IMG/VR virus record: IMGVR_UViG_3300022872_000001
Coordinates: 32,001-96,000 of that record
Origin: a virus
Strand: one strand, 5' to 3'
DNA length: 64,000 nt
Shown: one piece after another, positions 17,283 to 26,916 of the stretch
Position numbering within the stretch: the stretch's first letter is position 1
Layout: each line of letters begins with the position of its first letter
Notes under the pieces: generated by a model
What the model was told of the DNA's origin: nothing
Database searches by the model: none
What the model saw: the letters and a program-made list of their open reading frames with translations, nothing else
Program-made: the position numbers and the translations under genes

Positions 17283-19004
17283 ATGAAAAACCGTTTCAAG
17301 ATTGCGGCGAAACGGCTAATCGTTAATGTGGCGTCGTCTCACGGGATGGCGCCTCTCGACGTTTTGGCTATCCACAAATATGCTAGGACACAGAAATCCT
17401 ACAATCCTGCGTCCGTATTTGGTACATGTCTGTATGCTTACAAGGAGCAGCTATATCCTAAAACGATCAAACGATTCCTAAAAGGCAAAACTTCGGAAGC
17501 TTTGAAAGAAACGCAATACCTCAAAGCCAGAGATAAATTTGTTGATGGTCGTTACGGCTTTGCATTTGATTTTATAAATAATTTTTACGTCAAGCAATTC
17601 ATTGCTTTGTTCAATGACGAAGAGAAAAAGCAGCCTGTTTTCGGTTATACACAGTTGAATACTGCATTGACCAAACCTCAGCAAATTGTACGGGAACAGA
17701 TAAGGGAAAAGTCTCCCACATCTTCCTCTATAATTATTCCTACTTCGAAAGAAGTAGCGGCACTAACAAATAAGCTGCCGTCTCCTGTTATCTTTGATTC
17801 AATAAAATGGACTAAGCAACAGGCTAATGCCCTCAAACTTATCTATGCTTGGTTGCGCGACTCTAATCGAAAACCAATCTTCCGACTCTTCGGATACGCA
17901 GGTGTAGGTAAGACGTTCCTAGCCAAAGCTATTGCGGCTTTCGTTTATAACGAAGCAGGCAAACGTAATGTGCCTAAAGGGGATGTCCTATTCGCGGCTT
18001 ATACAGGCAAGGCTGCGTCGGTAATGCGACGTAATGAATGCGTAGGTGCCTCCACTCTCCACTCTTTATTATACAAACCTATCATCGATCCTGGTACAGG
18101 CAGGTGCACTGGTTTCATGCTTAATGGTGACTCGGTATTGGCACATGCCTCCGTTCTAATCGTAGACGAGGTATCCATGGTCAATGAGGAATTAGGTAAG
18201 GACGCGGAAGCTTTTAATATCCCTATCCTTTGCTTAGGTGATCCTGGTCAGCTTGATCCAATTGAAGGGTACGGATATTTCACCTCTGTGGAGCCGGACG
18301 TAATGCTCACAGATATTCAGCGCCAGGCAAAAGATAATCCCATCATTCACTTAGCAACCCGAGTGCGTGAAGGTAAATCTCTTAAAACTGGCAAGTATGG
18401 ATCCTCAAGAGTCATCGATACCTTATATACGCCAGCCTCCAAGATGGCTAAGTTCGATCAAATCATTGTTGGTCGTAATGATACTCGCAGGTCAATCAAT
18501 CAAACGATGCGCAAGCATTATGGATACTTCAAAGAATCCTCTATGTATCCTGTTGAAGGTGAACGGTTAATCTGTTTGAAAAATAATAAGACCAATGGTT
18601 TATACAATGGCACTATGTGGGTTGCCGGTAAATCGTCCATCCGTAAAGTATTGATTCCTAAATTCAAAGGATCTTATAGCAAGATTACAGGTTCTTTGGA
18701 TGTGTTAGCTTTCAAGGTAACCAGCGAGGACGAATTGACTCCGGAAGGTACACCAGTAATTATCGATACCCAATGCAGTCCTCATATGTTCAATCTTGGT
18801 TTACCTGAACCTGACTTTAGGGAACGTATTAGCTGTGATGAGTTCGCCTACGGTTATGCAGCCACTGTGCATAAGATGCAAGGGTCCCAATGTCGACGGG
18901 TGTTCCTAAAAGATGAAAGTGCCGCCTTTGGACGGAATGCATGGAAACATCTTTATACGGGAATCACGCGAGCTATTGAGGATATTACCATAGCGCTTGC
19001 ATAG
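17283..19004 (+). CDS. RecD/Dda-like SF1B DNA helicase
   Basis: GYAGVGKT, AYTGKAA, STLHSLLY, IVDEVSMV, LGDPGQL, YAATVHKMQGSQ, LYTGITRA. Confidence 0.92.
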   Translation: MKNRFKIAAKRLIVNVASSHGMAPLDVLAIHKYARTQKSYNPASVFGTCLYAYKEQLYPKTIKRFLKGKTSEALKETQYLKARDKFVDGRYGFAFDFINNFYVKQFIALFNDEEKKQPVFGYTQLNTALTKPQQIVREQIREKSPTSSSIIIPTSKEVAALTNKLPSPVIFDSIKWTKQQANALKLIYAWLRDSNRKPIFRLFGYAGVGKTFLAKAIAAFVYNEAGKRNVPKGDVLFAAYTGKAASVMRRNECVGASTLHSLLYKPIIDPGTGRCTGFMLNGDSVLAHASVLIVDEVSMVNEELGKDAEAFNIPILCLGDPGQLDPIEGYGYFTSVEPDVMLTDIQRQAKDNPIIHLATRVREGKSLKTGKYGSSRVIDTLYTPASKMAKFDQIIVGRNDTRRSINQTMRKHYGYFKESSMYPVEGERLICLKNNKTNGLYNGTMWVAGKSSIRKVLIPKFKGSYSKITGSLDVLAFKVTSEDELTPEGTPVIIDTQCSPHMFNLGLPEPDFRERISCDEFAYGYAATVHKMQGSQCRRVFLKDESAAFGRNAWKHLYTGITRAIEDITIALA

Positions 19005-19028
19005 TAAATAGAGGGTAAGGAGAATAGC

Positions 19029-19385
19029 ATGAATGTGAACAAGCAATTATTGGAAGAGGCTGCCTCGGCCGCAGGGCATACACTAGTATGGTCATACGAC
19101 GAGAGTTTATGTTTTCTTACCGATACCTGGGAGGGATGTTTTAACCATGACGAACCGTGGAACCCTATTCGTATGGATGCAGATGCCTTTCGTTTGCAGG
19201 TGAAACTTAAGATGTTAGTAATCTGGCTACCCCTACACGTGCGGGTTAGGTGTGGAAATATACATGCCCTAGAATTTATAGGAAGTTATGCTAATAGCGA
19301 AGATCCTTATAGAGACGCTGCACGCAGAGCTATTACACGGTGCGCAGCTAGGTATGCACCCACTAAGGAATTACACAATGCTTGA
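19029..19385 (+). CDS. hypothetical protein, 118 aa
   Basis: AAGGAG SD; WNPIRMDADAFRLQVKL phage-type motif; AGTAAATA at 19003. Confidence 0.75.
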   Translation: MNVNKQLLEEAASAAGHTLVWSYDESLCFLTDTWEGCFNHDEPWNPIRMDADAFRLQVKLKMLVIWLPLHVRVRCGNIHALEFIGSYANSEDPYRDAARRAITRCAARYAPTKELHNA

Positions 19386-21651
19386 CTCAAGTTTCACCTA
19401 TAAATTCGATAGTCCCAACGCCTATGATTTAACTCTTAAGCGTTGCTCGAATTGGAAGAATGAAAAGAAACGTGTGCTAATCATTATGCAGACGGTCGAT
19501 GGCCGCGATCTTCGCGCTAAGGCAATGCTGGGTGATAAGTTGACTAGTAATACAATGCATAATGCAATTAAGTACGCGCGCGGTATTGCTCGTACCTACA
19601 CAGAAAAAGGATTAAACGATGTAGCCTTTAGTGTTGTGCCCTTTCACCAATACAAACATCTCCATTTACCCTCCGGTCCTCGTCGCGCTGCCGAAGCTGC
19701 ATTCGCTCACCACGTCCACGCAATGATTGGTAAACTTAAACCAACGCACATATTGGTTTCAGGTGATAACGCAATGCATGCCTTGTTTCCAGCTATTGAT
19801 AAGCATGCATACAAACGCGGTTGGGTTCATGAATTACAATCAGGTGATCTTAAGGTAAAGGTAGTCTCCACGCTTGACATGGCACGCTTACTGGAGAAGC
19901 AAGGTCAACACGCAAACCTACTTGGATTTTGGTGCCGACATTTATGTAATCTTTTGATTGGTCGATTACCTCATGACCTTTCTCATGTTAAAGCAAAGCC
20001 TATCTATGTTAATACTCTGGAGAAGTTCGATAAGGTCATGGATCTCGTTGAATCTTCCTCTATCGTGGCAACGGATACGGAAACTGCCAACCTTACGGTA
20101 CTGCACAATAAAATCTATACAGTGCAGTTCGCTAGTGATAAATTGCCGTTAAATGGTTACATCATTCCATACAAGCATCCTCAGACGCCTTGGAATAAGG
20201 AAGAATTAAAACACGTCAGAAAACGTCTAACGAAGTTCTTTAGCAGTAAGAAAGGTCCAGAACTTGTTACGTTTAATGGTATGTTTGATTTACGTGTCAT
20301 TCGTCGGCAGTTCAAGCTTCCAATTATTTGGAATCGTGTTTGGGAAATTACAGCAGGTGAACACAACCTGGATGAGAATATTTCCTCCCTCTCCAGCTTC
20401 GGTGCCAAACCTGGTGGCTTGGCTGCTGTCTATTGTTCGTATGGTAATGAATTCTACTACACAGCCGAGTTCGGTAAGGATGAGAGAGCCACAATCTCTC
20501 ACGTAAATATTAATAAGAACAAAGGCTTTCAGTTTTACGCAGCTACTGACGTTGTATCTATTCTAGCGCTTAGAAATGCTCAGATTGAAAAAGCTGACCA
20601 TCAGTTTATCCAAGGTAAGAAGTACGGCCCGTATTTTAAACGCCATGTACTCTACCAAATGAGTGACACTGCGCATCAACTATCCCACTTAGCTGAGGAT
20701 GGTTCCTATGTTGACGCAAAATACCTGCGACATCTGATTGGTGCAGATTCTCCCTTGCGAAAGGAGTTGCGAGTCCTTGATAAGGATATGCGTAACTTCC
20801 CTGATATGCAGGAAGCTAATCGTGTACTTCTGGCTAATTCGGGTTTGAAATCCAAAGGCTTATTCGGTGCAGCTCGACAAGCCACTAATTGGATGCTTCG
20901 CGTATCTAAGACAGCGCATTTACGTATTCTGTTCTTTGATGTAATGAAGCTGGAAGCTGTATCTGAAACTGACGGTGGGGAACCTTCTACAGATAAGGAA
21001 TTCGTTAATGAATACAAGGATACCAACATCGTTGTGGACGCGTATGGTCAGTATGCAGCCTTAGCCAAGCTACTGAGTACCTACGCTAAGGGTTGGTACA
21101 AAAAACTAACTACATCAAAGGATTCGATTACTGACGGTCATCTTAGACCTCAGTACACCTTCTTTGATGTAGATACAGGACGTTTGGCTTGTAAGAATCC
21201 TAATCTGCAAACAATTCCATCCAGGTCTAAGCTAGCTAAGATCATTAAACGGATGTTCGTTGCTCCTCCGGGTGCCATGCTCGTAAGGTTCGATTATAGT
21301 GCCCATGAAGTTCGTGGTTGGTCGATTGTTAGTGGTGATAAGGCATTAGCCGAAGTGTTCCGAATGGGTCAAAAGCTTCGGCAGATCTTCATTCAAGATC
21401 CTTCGGAAGCAAATGCCAAAGCTGTCAAAGAAAAGGGCGATGTTCATCTTTTGAACGTAAAAAGATTATTTAATAAAATCGTCGAAAAGAAACATCCATT
21501 ACGTGATGCGGTCAAAGCTGTTATCTTTGGACTTTTATACGGAAAGTCTACCCAATCATTAGGTGTCGATACTAAGAAGGGTGACCTGGATGCTATCAAA
21601 GGCACGCTTAATGCCTTGCGTAAGGAACTCAAACAATTGGAGAAGGTATGA
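19378..21651 (+). CDS. polA: family A DNA polymerase, N-terminal part (UDG-like domain, 3'-5' exonuclease, motifs A and B)
   Basis: ATDTETANL, FNGMFD, YAATD exo motifs; TGRLACKNPNLQTIP; RFDYSAHEVR (motif A); RDAVKAVIFGLLYG (motif B); start re-called to MLDSSF. Confidence 0.93.
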   Translation: MLDSSFTYKFDSPNAYDLTLKRCSNWKNEKKRVLIIMQTVDGRDLRAKAMLGDKLTSNTMHNAIKYARGIARTYTEKGLNDVAFSVVPFHQYKHLHLPSGPRRAAEAAFAHHVHAMIGKLKPTHILVSGDNAMHALFPAIDKHAYKRGWVHELQSGDLKVKVVSTLDMARLLEKQGQHANLLGFWCRHLCNLLIGRLPHDLSHVKAKPIYVNTLEKFDKVMDLVESSSIVATDTETANLTVLHNKIYTVQFASDKLPLNGYIIPYKHPQTPWNKEELKHVRKRLTKFFSSKKGPELVTFNGMFDLRVIRRQFKLPIIWNRVWEITAGEHNLDENISSLSSFGAKPGGLAAVYCSYGNEFYYTAEFGKDERATISHVNINKNKGFQFYAATDVVSILALRNAQIEKADHQFIQGKKYGPYFKRHVLYQMSDTAHQLSHLAEDGSYVDAKYLRHLIGADSPLRKELRVLDKDMRNFPDMQEANRVLLANSGLKSKGLFGAARQATNWMLRVSKTAHLRILFFDVMKLEAVSETDGGEPSTDKEFVNEYKDTNIVVDAYGQYAALAKLLSTYAKGWYKKLTTSKDSITDGHLRPQYTFFDVDTGRLACKNPNLQTIPSRSKLAKIIKRMFVAPPGAMLVRFDYSAHEVRGWSIVSGDKALAEVFRMGQKLRQIFIQDPSEANAKAVKEKGDVHLLNVKRLFNKIVEKKHPLRDAVKAVIFGLLYGKSTQSLGVDTKKGDLDAIKGTLNALRKELKQLEKV

Positions 21652-22055
21652 ATGACATCGTAGTGGTTAAGCCAGGTGAAGGGGTCATAATTGATCCAGC
21701 TGCTAAACTTCAATACACCAAACACTTTCCAAATCGCTATACGGTAGTAGCAACTCCTTCAGATTACCATGTAGCTTATAAAATCTATGAAATCGCTGGT
21801 TGGGCAGGTAAGACTTCGGATAAGAATCTGGATACTCCTTTATACGGCGAAGACTTCACTGAAGGTATCGATGGGATTGATACGGTTATCAGTGGTTCGG
21901 TAAAATGGGATGGTTGCAGCAATTGGAGTTTTGATGAGACTGCACGCGGCCATATGACCCACGGATGTAGCAAAGAGGACATATTGAGTATAGGCCTTAT
22001 TCTTGGCGAATGCTGGGAATGGACGAAAGAACTTTGCCCTAATTGGAGTTACTAA
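21648..22055 (+). CDS. hypothetical protein between the two polA parts
   Basis: ATGA overlap with the polA-N stop; GSVKWDGCSNW motif. Confidence 0.8.
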   Translation: MNDIVVVKPGEGVIIDPAAKLQYTKHFPNRYTVVATPSDYHVAYKIYEIAGWAGKTSDKNLDTPLYGEDFTEGIDGIDTVISGSVKWDGCSNWSFDETARGHMTHGCSKEDILSIGLILGECWEWTKELCPNWSY

Positions 22056-22288
22056 TGGAATCACCTTCTCTAATTAGTTTTCTGATATACCTAGCAACCA
22101 GTGCGTATATAATTGCGGTCTATTTTGCAGGTGGGCGTCGCCGCAACGATAATTCGTTATCGTGCATATTTATGGCCATCTCCATATTTTGCATATTCAA
22201 CATCTTTATGCCTTTGAATCTGGCAGTGTGGTTAGCCATATCATGTATTTGTTGGTTCGTACTAATCATGAGGAATAGAAATGGCTAA
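22055..22288 (+). CDS. small multi-pass membrane protein between the two polA parts
   Basis: GGAG SD, TAATG coupling, three hydrophobic segments. Confidence 0.7.
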   Translation: MESPSLISFLIYLATSAYIIAVYFAGGRRRNDNSLSCIFMAISIFCIFNIFMPLNLAVWLAISCICWFVLIMRNRNG

Positions 22289-23159
22289 GGTACTAGAGAA
22301 ACCTGTTGAACTCACAGGTAAAGCAAGGCAAAAACGTATTGAAGAGATCAAAACTTTAATTAAGAAGGAAGAGAAAGCTTTAGCTGTTTTGATTGCCGAA
22401 GACCGTACACCTTATGCGCAGGACATTGTTGATCGTATGTTCACTGAATTCCCTAAGGGTGCGCAGTGGACTAACAAGATGAAGAAATTGGCGGAGGAAG
22501 AATTCTATGTCTTCTCACCAATCGGACGCAAGCGTAATCTCTTCGCAGCAATGACTCAAGATCAAGCTATTGTTGCACGCCAGGTTCGCCGTGGCACCAA
22601 TGCTCCTATTCAAGGTTTCGCTTCGGAGATTAGCGTTAAGGCTGGTCGCGTGGTTTATGAAACATACTACGAACACTTGCCGACCTTCTGTGAATTGATG
22701 GAGGTAGACTACGATCCGTGGGAATGGCGTGTACCTTACAATCGAATCGTACATGATGCTTCCTATTACGCCGTGCCCTTCAAAATGGTAATACCTTTCG
22801 TGCATATCCTGCAATACGATACTACATACGGAATTACCAAACGTTACAAAGAGGAATTCGGTGTTGCCTTTACAGTAGAGCCAGAGATCGAGATCGACTT
22901 TGGTGCTCGTGATGACAATACATTCGGTTGGGACTGGTCCATTCCTTCCATTGTAGATTCCATGGATAAGTCCTTGCAAGATATGATTGAATTGAAAATC
23001 CTTAGAGAAAATAAGGAGAAGATCATGAAACAAATTTTCAAGCCATGGGCGAATAAGAAGTTTCGCCATTACCTGCAAGAACATTTCCCCCTACTCGGTG
23101 TTACCGATTTAGATAAACAAATTGTGGACGCCATTCGCCCCATTTATAAGAAAGAATAA
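22281..23159 (+). CDS. polA: family A DNA polymerase, C-terminal part (motif C)
   Basis: SPIGRKRNL, RRGTNAPIQGFASE, RIVHDA (motif C); own SD GAGGA. Confidence 0.93.
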   Translation: MAKVLEKPVELTGKARQKRIEEIKTLIKKEEKALAVLIAEDRTPYAQDIVDRMFTEFPKGAQWTNKMKKLAEEEFYVFSPIGRKRNLFAAMTQDQAIVARQVRRGTNAPIQGFASEISVKAGRVVYETYYEHLPTFCELMEVDYDPWEWRVPYNRIVHDASYYAVPFKMVIPFVHILQYDTTYGITKRYKEEFGVAFTVEPEIEIDFGARDDNTFGWDWSIPSIVDSMDKSLQDMIELKILRENKEKIMKQIFKPWANKKFRHYLQEHFPLLGVTDLDKQIVDAIRPIYKKE

Positions 23160-23163
23160 ACCA

Positions 23164-23568
23164 ATGGACTCGCCTAATATTGAAGAACAGTACGGTAGGT
23201 ATCAGATTCGTATAATTAGTGCAATGACGTTAATCATAACTGATCTCTACCATACGCTGCATTATATGTTCTTCATAACCCCCGTCGAGTCCGGTTTCAC
23301 CAATTTCCAGATAACACTAGCATTGACCAGCACTCGCCCTGAGCATCTCCTGAATGAACGATTCGTTGTATTCGACCAGGAGATATTCTCGTGCTACGCG
23401 TTCCTTGCATATGATCGTGAGCGTATAAATATAACTCGCACCATCATTAGTCAGTTCACCAATGATTTTGAAATTTCAAACCCTGTTGAACTTGCAGCCG
23501 AGCTCGGTGGAACAATCTTCCACGAGACGTTCATGCTCCCTAAATTACCAAAGTCTTCCTACTCATGA
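23164..23568 (+). CDS. hypothetical protein
   Basis: ORF; start re-called to MDSPNIEE. Confidence 0.65.
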   Translation: MDSPNIEEQYGRYQIRIISAMTLIITDLYHTLHYMFFITPVESGFTNFQITLALTSTRPEHLLNERFVVFDQEIFSCYAFLAYDRERINITRTIISQFTNDFEISNPVELAAELGGTIFHETFMLPKLPKSSYS

Positions 23569-24266
23569 TAACCCAATTCTTCGCAGGAACTCTTGTCCTT
23601 CATGCGCGTCGGCGTGTATCTGATTTTGAGATTCCGGAATTCCGTGACTGCTACAAACAACGAGGACAACACGTTCCTGGTCAGTATAATGGTTACTGGA
23701 CTTTACATACCTCGATATCCGATTCTGCTTCCATATATCTGCCTCAGCGCTACAAGCATATGCAGACGCTATGCACCGATACCGAAATGATATGGCATAT
23801 TCAGAAAGGTCTTGAATCTCTTGATTCTTTGTATGAAGGTTCCCGACAGCTCTATAAGTTGCAGAAATTGATCGAATCCTTAGATTCCAAATCCTACGGC
23901 GCTGTAGTAAATATAGAAGCAACAACAGCAAATGGTCAAGCCACACCTGGCAGCTTCTATATTTTAAGCAACCGATTACCCGTATATGTGGCTTTAGTGT
24001 TTGACCAGGAAGAGGAATCTGTTCGCCTTGTTTGGGCTACCTTTGATATTGTTGCAAAGTTGCGAACATCAAGTATTAATCCGAATCGTTTTGTTTTCTT
24101 CCGATTTCCTGTAGCAGTTTCACGTCCTTTATTTCTGCCCTCTCAGGTACTATGTCAGCGTTGGTACAACTTCACGAAAACCTTTAAGGATAAACCTCTA
24201 GGTTTGCTGACGGCGTGTAATGCCTTTGAGAATTTTCTGTTTAAAGATCCTAAGATTGCCTATTAA
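23565..24266 (+). CDS. hypothetical protein, 233 aa
   Basis: ATGA overlap, long ORF. Confidence 0.75.
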   Translation: MITQFFAGTLVLHARRRVSDFEIPEFRDCYKQRGQHVPGQYNGYWTLHTSISDSASIYLPQRYKHMQTLCTDTEMIWHIQKGLESLDSLYEGSRQLYKLQKLIESLDSKSYGAVVNIEATTANGQATPGSFYILSNRLPVYVALVFDQEEESVRLVWATFDIVAKLRTSSINPNRFVFFRFPVAVSRPLFLPSQVLCQRWYNFTKTFKDKPLGLLTACNAFENFLFKDPKIAY

Positions 24267-24268
24267 TT

Positions 24269-25288
24269 ATGGATGCCGTCGAACGGTCAAAACGCTTAGC
24301 GTTCGTTAAAGAACAATTAGCAATGTACGGTGGAAAGAAGGTAGTTCATGCCGACTACCATTTTATCAGTTGTCCTTTCCATAATGAGAAGACACCCTCT
24401 GCCCGTATATTTCATTACCCTGATTCAAATAGCCCAGGTTCCATGAAATGTTATGGATGCGGTGCCAGCAAACCTTGGGATGAACTTGCTCCTGTAATTG
24501 GCCTCCTACCTTATAAACGAGGTAAGCCAAAGGATGAGTATGCAATGATGTCCCTATCTTCCGTGGAACGCTTGGTCGAATATGACGAGAGTTCCTTGAA
24601 GAAGGAGCGCATGAGATTTAAGAAACTGAAGGCAGGTCAGGTGTGGCGACATATTAAGACCGACCTTCTAATGCGATTCGAAGCAAAGCAGTGCAAGGTA
24701 TGGAGCGAGGAGTACCAGGCTTGGGGTGCAACGATGATGTACCTTCCGTGCCATATAAATGGTGAGCTTGTAGGTTACATCAAAGCCCGTTTGGAGAAAC
24801 ACGACACCAAACCTTCCTACATAAATGCCAGTGGTAAATGGTCTAAGACGCATGGTCTATTCCCTTTTGATTATGCGGTCAAGGTGATGAAACGCAAGAA
24901 GTCATCTACAATGATACTGGTAGAAGGTCCACGCGATGCTCTCAGGTTATTGCAAATGGGAATTCCTGCAATGTGTATCTTGGGTACACAATCATTCAGC
25001 CAGAATAAAGCAAAGCTGTTAGAGTTAGCAGGCATTACTCGTGTCGTTTTATTCTTTGATGGTGATGAAGCCGGCATCAAGGCAACCGAGAAGGTAAAAC
25101 CTATTGTTGAATCGATGCTAGCTGTCCGTGTTCTTAAGCTATGGTCAATGAAAGGTTCACCCTGGAAGAAAGTAAAGGACGCACCGAAACCAAAAGACGC
25201 TGCCAAGAAATTAGGCTTATCTTTATGGGATCCAGGTAACGTAGATAAGGCAATACTAAAGAAAATCAAGGAGAAATATTATGGCTAA
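24269..25288 (+). CDS. DnaG-type DNA primase
   Basis: Zn finger CPFH...CYGC; TOPRIM VEGPRD and FFDGDEAG. Confidence 0.92.
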   Translation: MDAVERSKRLAFVKEQLAMYGGKKVVHADYHFISCPFHNEKTPSARIFHYPDSNSPGSMKCYGCGASKPWDELAPVIGLLPYKRGKPKDEYAMMSLSSVERLVEYDESSLKKERMRFKKLKAGQVWRHIKTDLLMRFEAKQCKVWSEEYQAWGATMMYLPCHINGELVGYIKARLEKHDTKPSYINASGKWSKTHGLFPFDYAVKVMKRKKSSTMILVEGPRDALRLLQMGIPAMCILGTQSFSQNKAKLLELAGITRVVLFFDGDEAGIKATEKVKPIVESMLAVRVLKLWSMKGSPWKKVKDAPKPKDAAKKLGLSLWDPGNVDKAILKKIKEKYYG

Positions 25289-25655
25289 ACTGAACTGGTT
25301 ACGTTGGGTACCCGGGCGATTGAATAATGGGTATCGAAAGCTATGTATCATTAGTAGCAGGTATTTGAAGTTTGATATGTACCTTCTGCATTTTCCTGAA
25401 GGTGCAAGTGCACCACATCATCGTGACCCTGCATCTAGGGGATACGAACATCACCGCATTGACATCATCCTGAAAGATTCGGATGTTGGCGGCCGCTTCT
25501 ACATCGGCAAGTCCGCAGTGCGTGGACGTTTCTGCTACTTTCGTCCTGACCATCAAAGCCACAGTATCACTCCTGTACTTGCAGGATCTTTGTGGATGTT
25601 GAGCATTGGTTGGTTGCGGAAGGAAAAGAACGGAGGTGACTTCTATGTGTGCTAA
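25281..25655 (+). CDS. 2OG-Fe(II) oxygenase / cupin-fold protein
   Basis: HHRDP (HxD), GGRFY, FRPDHQSHSITPV (distal H). Confidence 0.65.
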   Translation: MAKLNWLRWVPGRLNNGYRKLCIISSRYLKFDMYLLHFPEGASAPHHRDPASRGYEHHRIDIILKDSDVGGRFYIGKSAVRGRFCYFRPDHQSHSITPVLAGSLWMLSIGWLRKEKNGGDFYVC

Positions 25656-25887
25656 TTGTGAAGGGCACGATACCTCTCACCTGGAGTTAGCTGTTCGAGT
25701 CATCGGTAATTCCGGGAGTGCCTTGGTTACACGGTTAGGTATTCAGGATAGGGACACCCGTAGCTTGATGGAAGCTTACGTGGTATTAAACAATGAATTG
25801 CGGTCTCTGGGAATTCTTATGAATAACAGTGAATTAGAGACTGCCATAGGTGATGAGGACTTGGAAGATGAGCTGGAAGATGATTGA
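25645..25887 (+). CDS. hypothetical protein
   Basis: GGAGGTGA SD, start MCANCEG. Confidence 0.65.
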   Translation: MCANCEGHDTSHLELAVRVIGNSGSALVTRLGIQDRDTRSLMEAYVVLNNELRSLGILMNNSELETAIGDEDLEDELEDD

Positions 25888-26122
25888 TCCCTCGGAATTA
25901 ATGACAGCCAAAGAATTAGCTTTATTGATTCTTTCCTTGCCAGAAGAACAACAGAATCTTCCATTTACATGGAATGATGACCACCGGCATCCAGTAACAT
26001 TCAAACAAGATATAGACCCTGTTCTAAAGGTTATAAACGTAGAGAACGATACTGCTCACTACTACTCAGCTAACCCATACAGGGAGCCCTCATTCAAGGT
26101 ATTGAGCCTTGGAGAATGTTAA
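25880..26122 (+). CDS. hypothetical protein
   Basis: Coupled ORF, start MIDPSEL. Confidence 0.65.
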   Translation: MIDPSELMTAKELALLILSLPEEQQNLPFTWNDDHRHPVTFKQDIDPVLKVINVENDTAHYYSANPYREPSFKVLSLGEC

Positions 26123-26160
26123 TCCTATAACGAGTTTTATCCCACACAAGAGGAATTAAA

Positions 26161-26556
26161 ATGAAATGGTATTACAAATTATTGGCTGTACTTGTTCTCA
26201 TCGGTATAATTGCAGCAGGTCTGTTTGCTCTGTACAGTTCAGGCGTCAATGCAGGCAAGTTGATTGGTGATAAGGAAGGATACACGCGTGCTTGGAATGC
26301 CCAGCAAACGGTTATCGACAAGTTGGTCAAGGATACGAATGACGAACGTACCGCGAAAAATGCAAAGATATCTAAGCTGGAGCAAGATGCTTCCATTCGG
26401 GATGCGAAGATTAATACGTTGACTCTTCAAAATCAAACGCATTCAGCTAGCGTCATTGCTGAATACGTCAAGGCTAATGCAACTACCTCAACAACATGCG
26501 GTATGGATAAGGCATCTATGGATGCTTTGATCGAAATTATGGGAGTTCAAAAATGA
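26161..26556 (+). CDS. i-spanin (Rz-like)
   Basis: Single N-terminal TM segment, coiled-coil periplasmic domain, C-terminal Cys, abutting a lipoprotein gene. Confidence 0.75.
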   Translation: MKWYYKLLAVLVLIGIIAAGLFALYSSGVNAGKLIGDKEGYTRAWNAQQTVIDKLVKDTNDERTAKNAKISKLEQDASIRDAKINTLTLQNQTHSASVIAEYVKANATTSTTCGMDKASMDALIEIMGVQK

Positions 26557-26867
26557 AAAACGCAATCATCATCCTAGCTTTGCTGCTTTCCGCGTGTGGT
26601 AGCCAATCTCAAGATGTTAAACCAAATGATCCTGTTCTCGTGCAGTCGAAGCAGACGGTAGTAATTCCTCAGGAACAGCTACAAGATTGTGCCCCTCTTC
26701 CTCCGCCAGAATCTCGTGACTATTCCAAGAAGGAAATGTTGGATCTTATGTCGCAATGGTGGAACATTCATGTCACCTGTTCGCTGAATAACTCCTCTTT
26801 GATCAAAACAGTCAAAGACGCCTTCAACATCACAGATCCTGCTCCTGTTTCCGTCCCTAGTAAATAA
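26553..26867 (+). CDS. o-spanin (Rz1-like lipoprotein)
   Basis: Lipobox LLLSAC, Pro-rich segment CAPLPPP. Confidence 0.8.
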   Translation: MKNAIIILALLLSACGSQSQDVKPNDPVLVQSKQTVVIPQEQLQDCAPLPPPESRDYSKKEMLDLMSQWWNIHVTCSLNNSSLIKTVKDAFNITDPAPVSVPSK

Positions 26868-26916
26868 TAGCAGTAACAAACAATTAACGCATTGACACAC
26901 CCTATAAGGAAATAAA

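Noticed and set aside
21643-22292. Ribosomal hopping as the main way to join polA
   Set aside because: The ~640-nt gap far exceeds the 50-nt T4 gene 60 bypass, contains two coupled ORFs, and the C-part has its own SD; kept only as a minor alternative
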